5,702 nucleotides of DNA. Origin: Halalkalibacterium halodurans (GTDB taxonomy: Bacteria > Bacillota > Bacilli > Bacillales > Bacillaceae_D). Made by a program: the position numbers and the translations under genes. Every line of letters begins with the position of its first letter. Position 1 is the stretch's first letter. The notes below the pieces were generated by a model. It did not search any database. It was not told the origin of the DNA and saw nothing but the letters and a program-made list of their open reading frames with translations. Positions 5,298 through 5,702 of this stretch are shown one piece after another. The stretch is from assembly GCF_004376175.1 (NCBI RefSeq), contig NZ_SNUY01000111.1, positions 1 to 5,702 on the forward strand, given 5' to 3'.

Positions 5298-5702
5298 TTA
5301 CACTGCCTGTAATCCATCCATTTGAGGAATATCTTTTATTAATCTTGAACCATCAAATTCACACTGTTTTTGACCAATGACAAACAACACACGTAGTAAC
5401 TTACAACACAAGGCAATCAAAGATTGTTGCTTTTTCAAAGGGCGTTCAGGGCGTTTGGTGTAATAGTGATGCAGGGCTTTAAATGTTGAATTATGGGCGA
5501 CAAGGGGACGAATCGCTAAATATAAGGCTCGGCGTAATCGTTTCCTTCCTCGCTTTGTAATCCTTGTTTGCCCTTTAAATTTACCTGAACTGTGCTCACG
5601 TAATGATAGCCCTGCTAAGTTCACTAATTGTTGAGGATGAGAGTACTTTGAAATGTCCCCAACTTCCGCAAAGAATAATCCAACAGTCACCGCCCCTAAG
5701 CC
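5298..5702 (-). CDS. IS110-family (IS116/IS110/IS902, DEDD-type) transposase, C-terminal Tnp domain; 5' part lies outside the window
   Basis: The frame is open to the window edge (GLGAV-TVGLFFAEVGDISKY…), so the GTG at 5690 is not the start. The hallmark Transposase_20 pattern is AGLSLREHSSGKFKGQTRITKRGRKRLRRALYLA, with Ser-Ser-Gly codons at 5583-5591. Stop is TAA at 5298-5300. Confidence 0.9.
   Translation of the reverse strand, partial: GLGAVTVGLFFAEVGDISKYSHPQQLVNLAGLSLREHSSGKFKGQTRITKRGRKRLRRALYLAIRPLVAHNSTFKALHHYYTKRPERPLKKQQSLIALCCKLLRVLFVIGQKQCEFDGSRLIKDIPQMDGLQAV

Larger units (their letters stand above)
4833..5702 (-). mobile_element. Partial IS110-family insertion sequence (3' part of the transposase gene plus a long non-coding end); continues beyond the window
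   Basis: The transposase C-terminal domain is at 5298-5702. The binding-protein reading frame breaks at 4830-4838. The inner boundary is inferred from loss of binding-protein homology, not from a recognised IS terminus. IS110-family elements lack terminal inverted repeats. Confidence 0.75.

Noticed and set aside
1-5702. CRISPR arrays, tRNA/rRNA genes, tandem repeats
   Set aside because: No regularly spaced direct repeats, no cloverleaf-compatible segments and no rRNA-like conserved blocks were seen on either strand.

Overview
Bacillus-like (Firmicutes) chromosomal window. The core is an intact minus-strand three-gene operon for ureide/purine catabolism. It encodes an M20 allantoate-amidohydrolase/carbamoylase-type hydrolase (3044-4288), a class V PucG/AGXT-type aminotransferase (1758-3017) and an amidase-signature amidase (555-1727). 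Short gaps and strong Shine-Dalgarno sites link the three genes. Both sides of the operon are gene fragments that have lost their 5' parts: the last ~2 TM helices of an MFS permease (113-430, +) and the C-terminal half of an NMT1/TauA-type ABC substrate-binding protein (4383-4829, -). The right-hand break (~4830-4838) abuts a partial IS110-family element. Its transposase C-terminus occupies 5298-5702 (minus strand, continues off-window). A ~465-nt ORF-free, stem-rich tail (4833-5297) follows the transposase stop. That tail is the most interesting part of the window. IS110/IS1111 elements use element-encoded guide RNAs (bridge RNA / seekRNA), and a 3' tail is where an IS1111-type guide would lie. 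I could see the stems directly but could not demonstrate guide-target complementarity by eye. The left-hand break (~105) abuts unidentified AT-rich DNA that ends in a terminator-like hairpin. No tRNA, rRNA or CRISPR array was seen.
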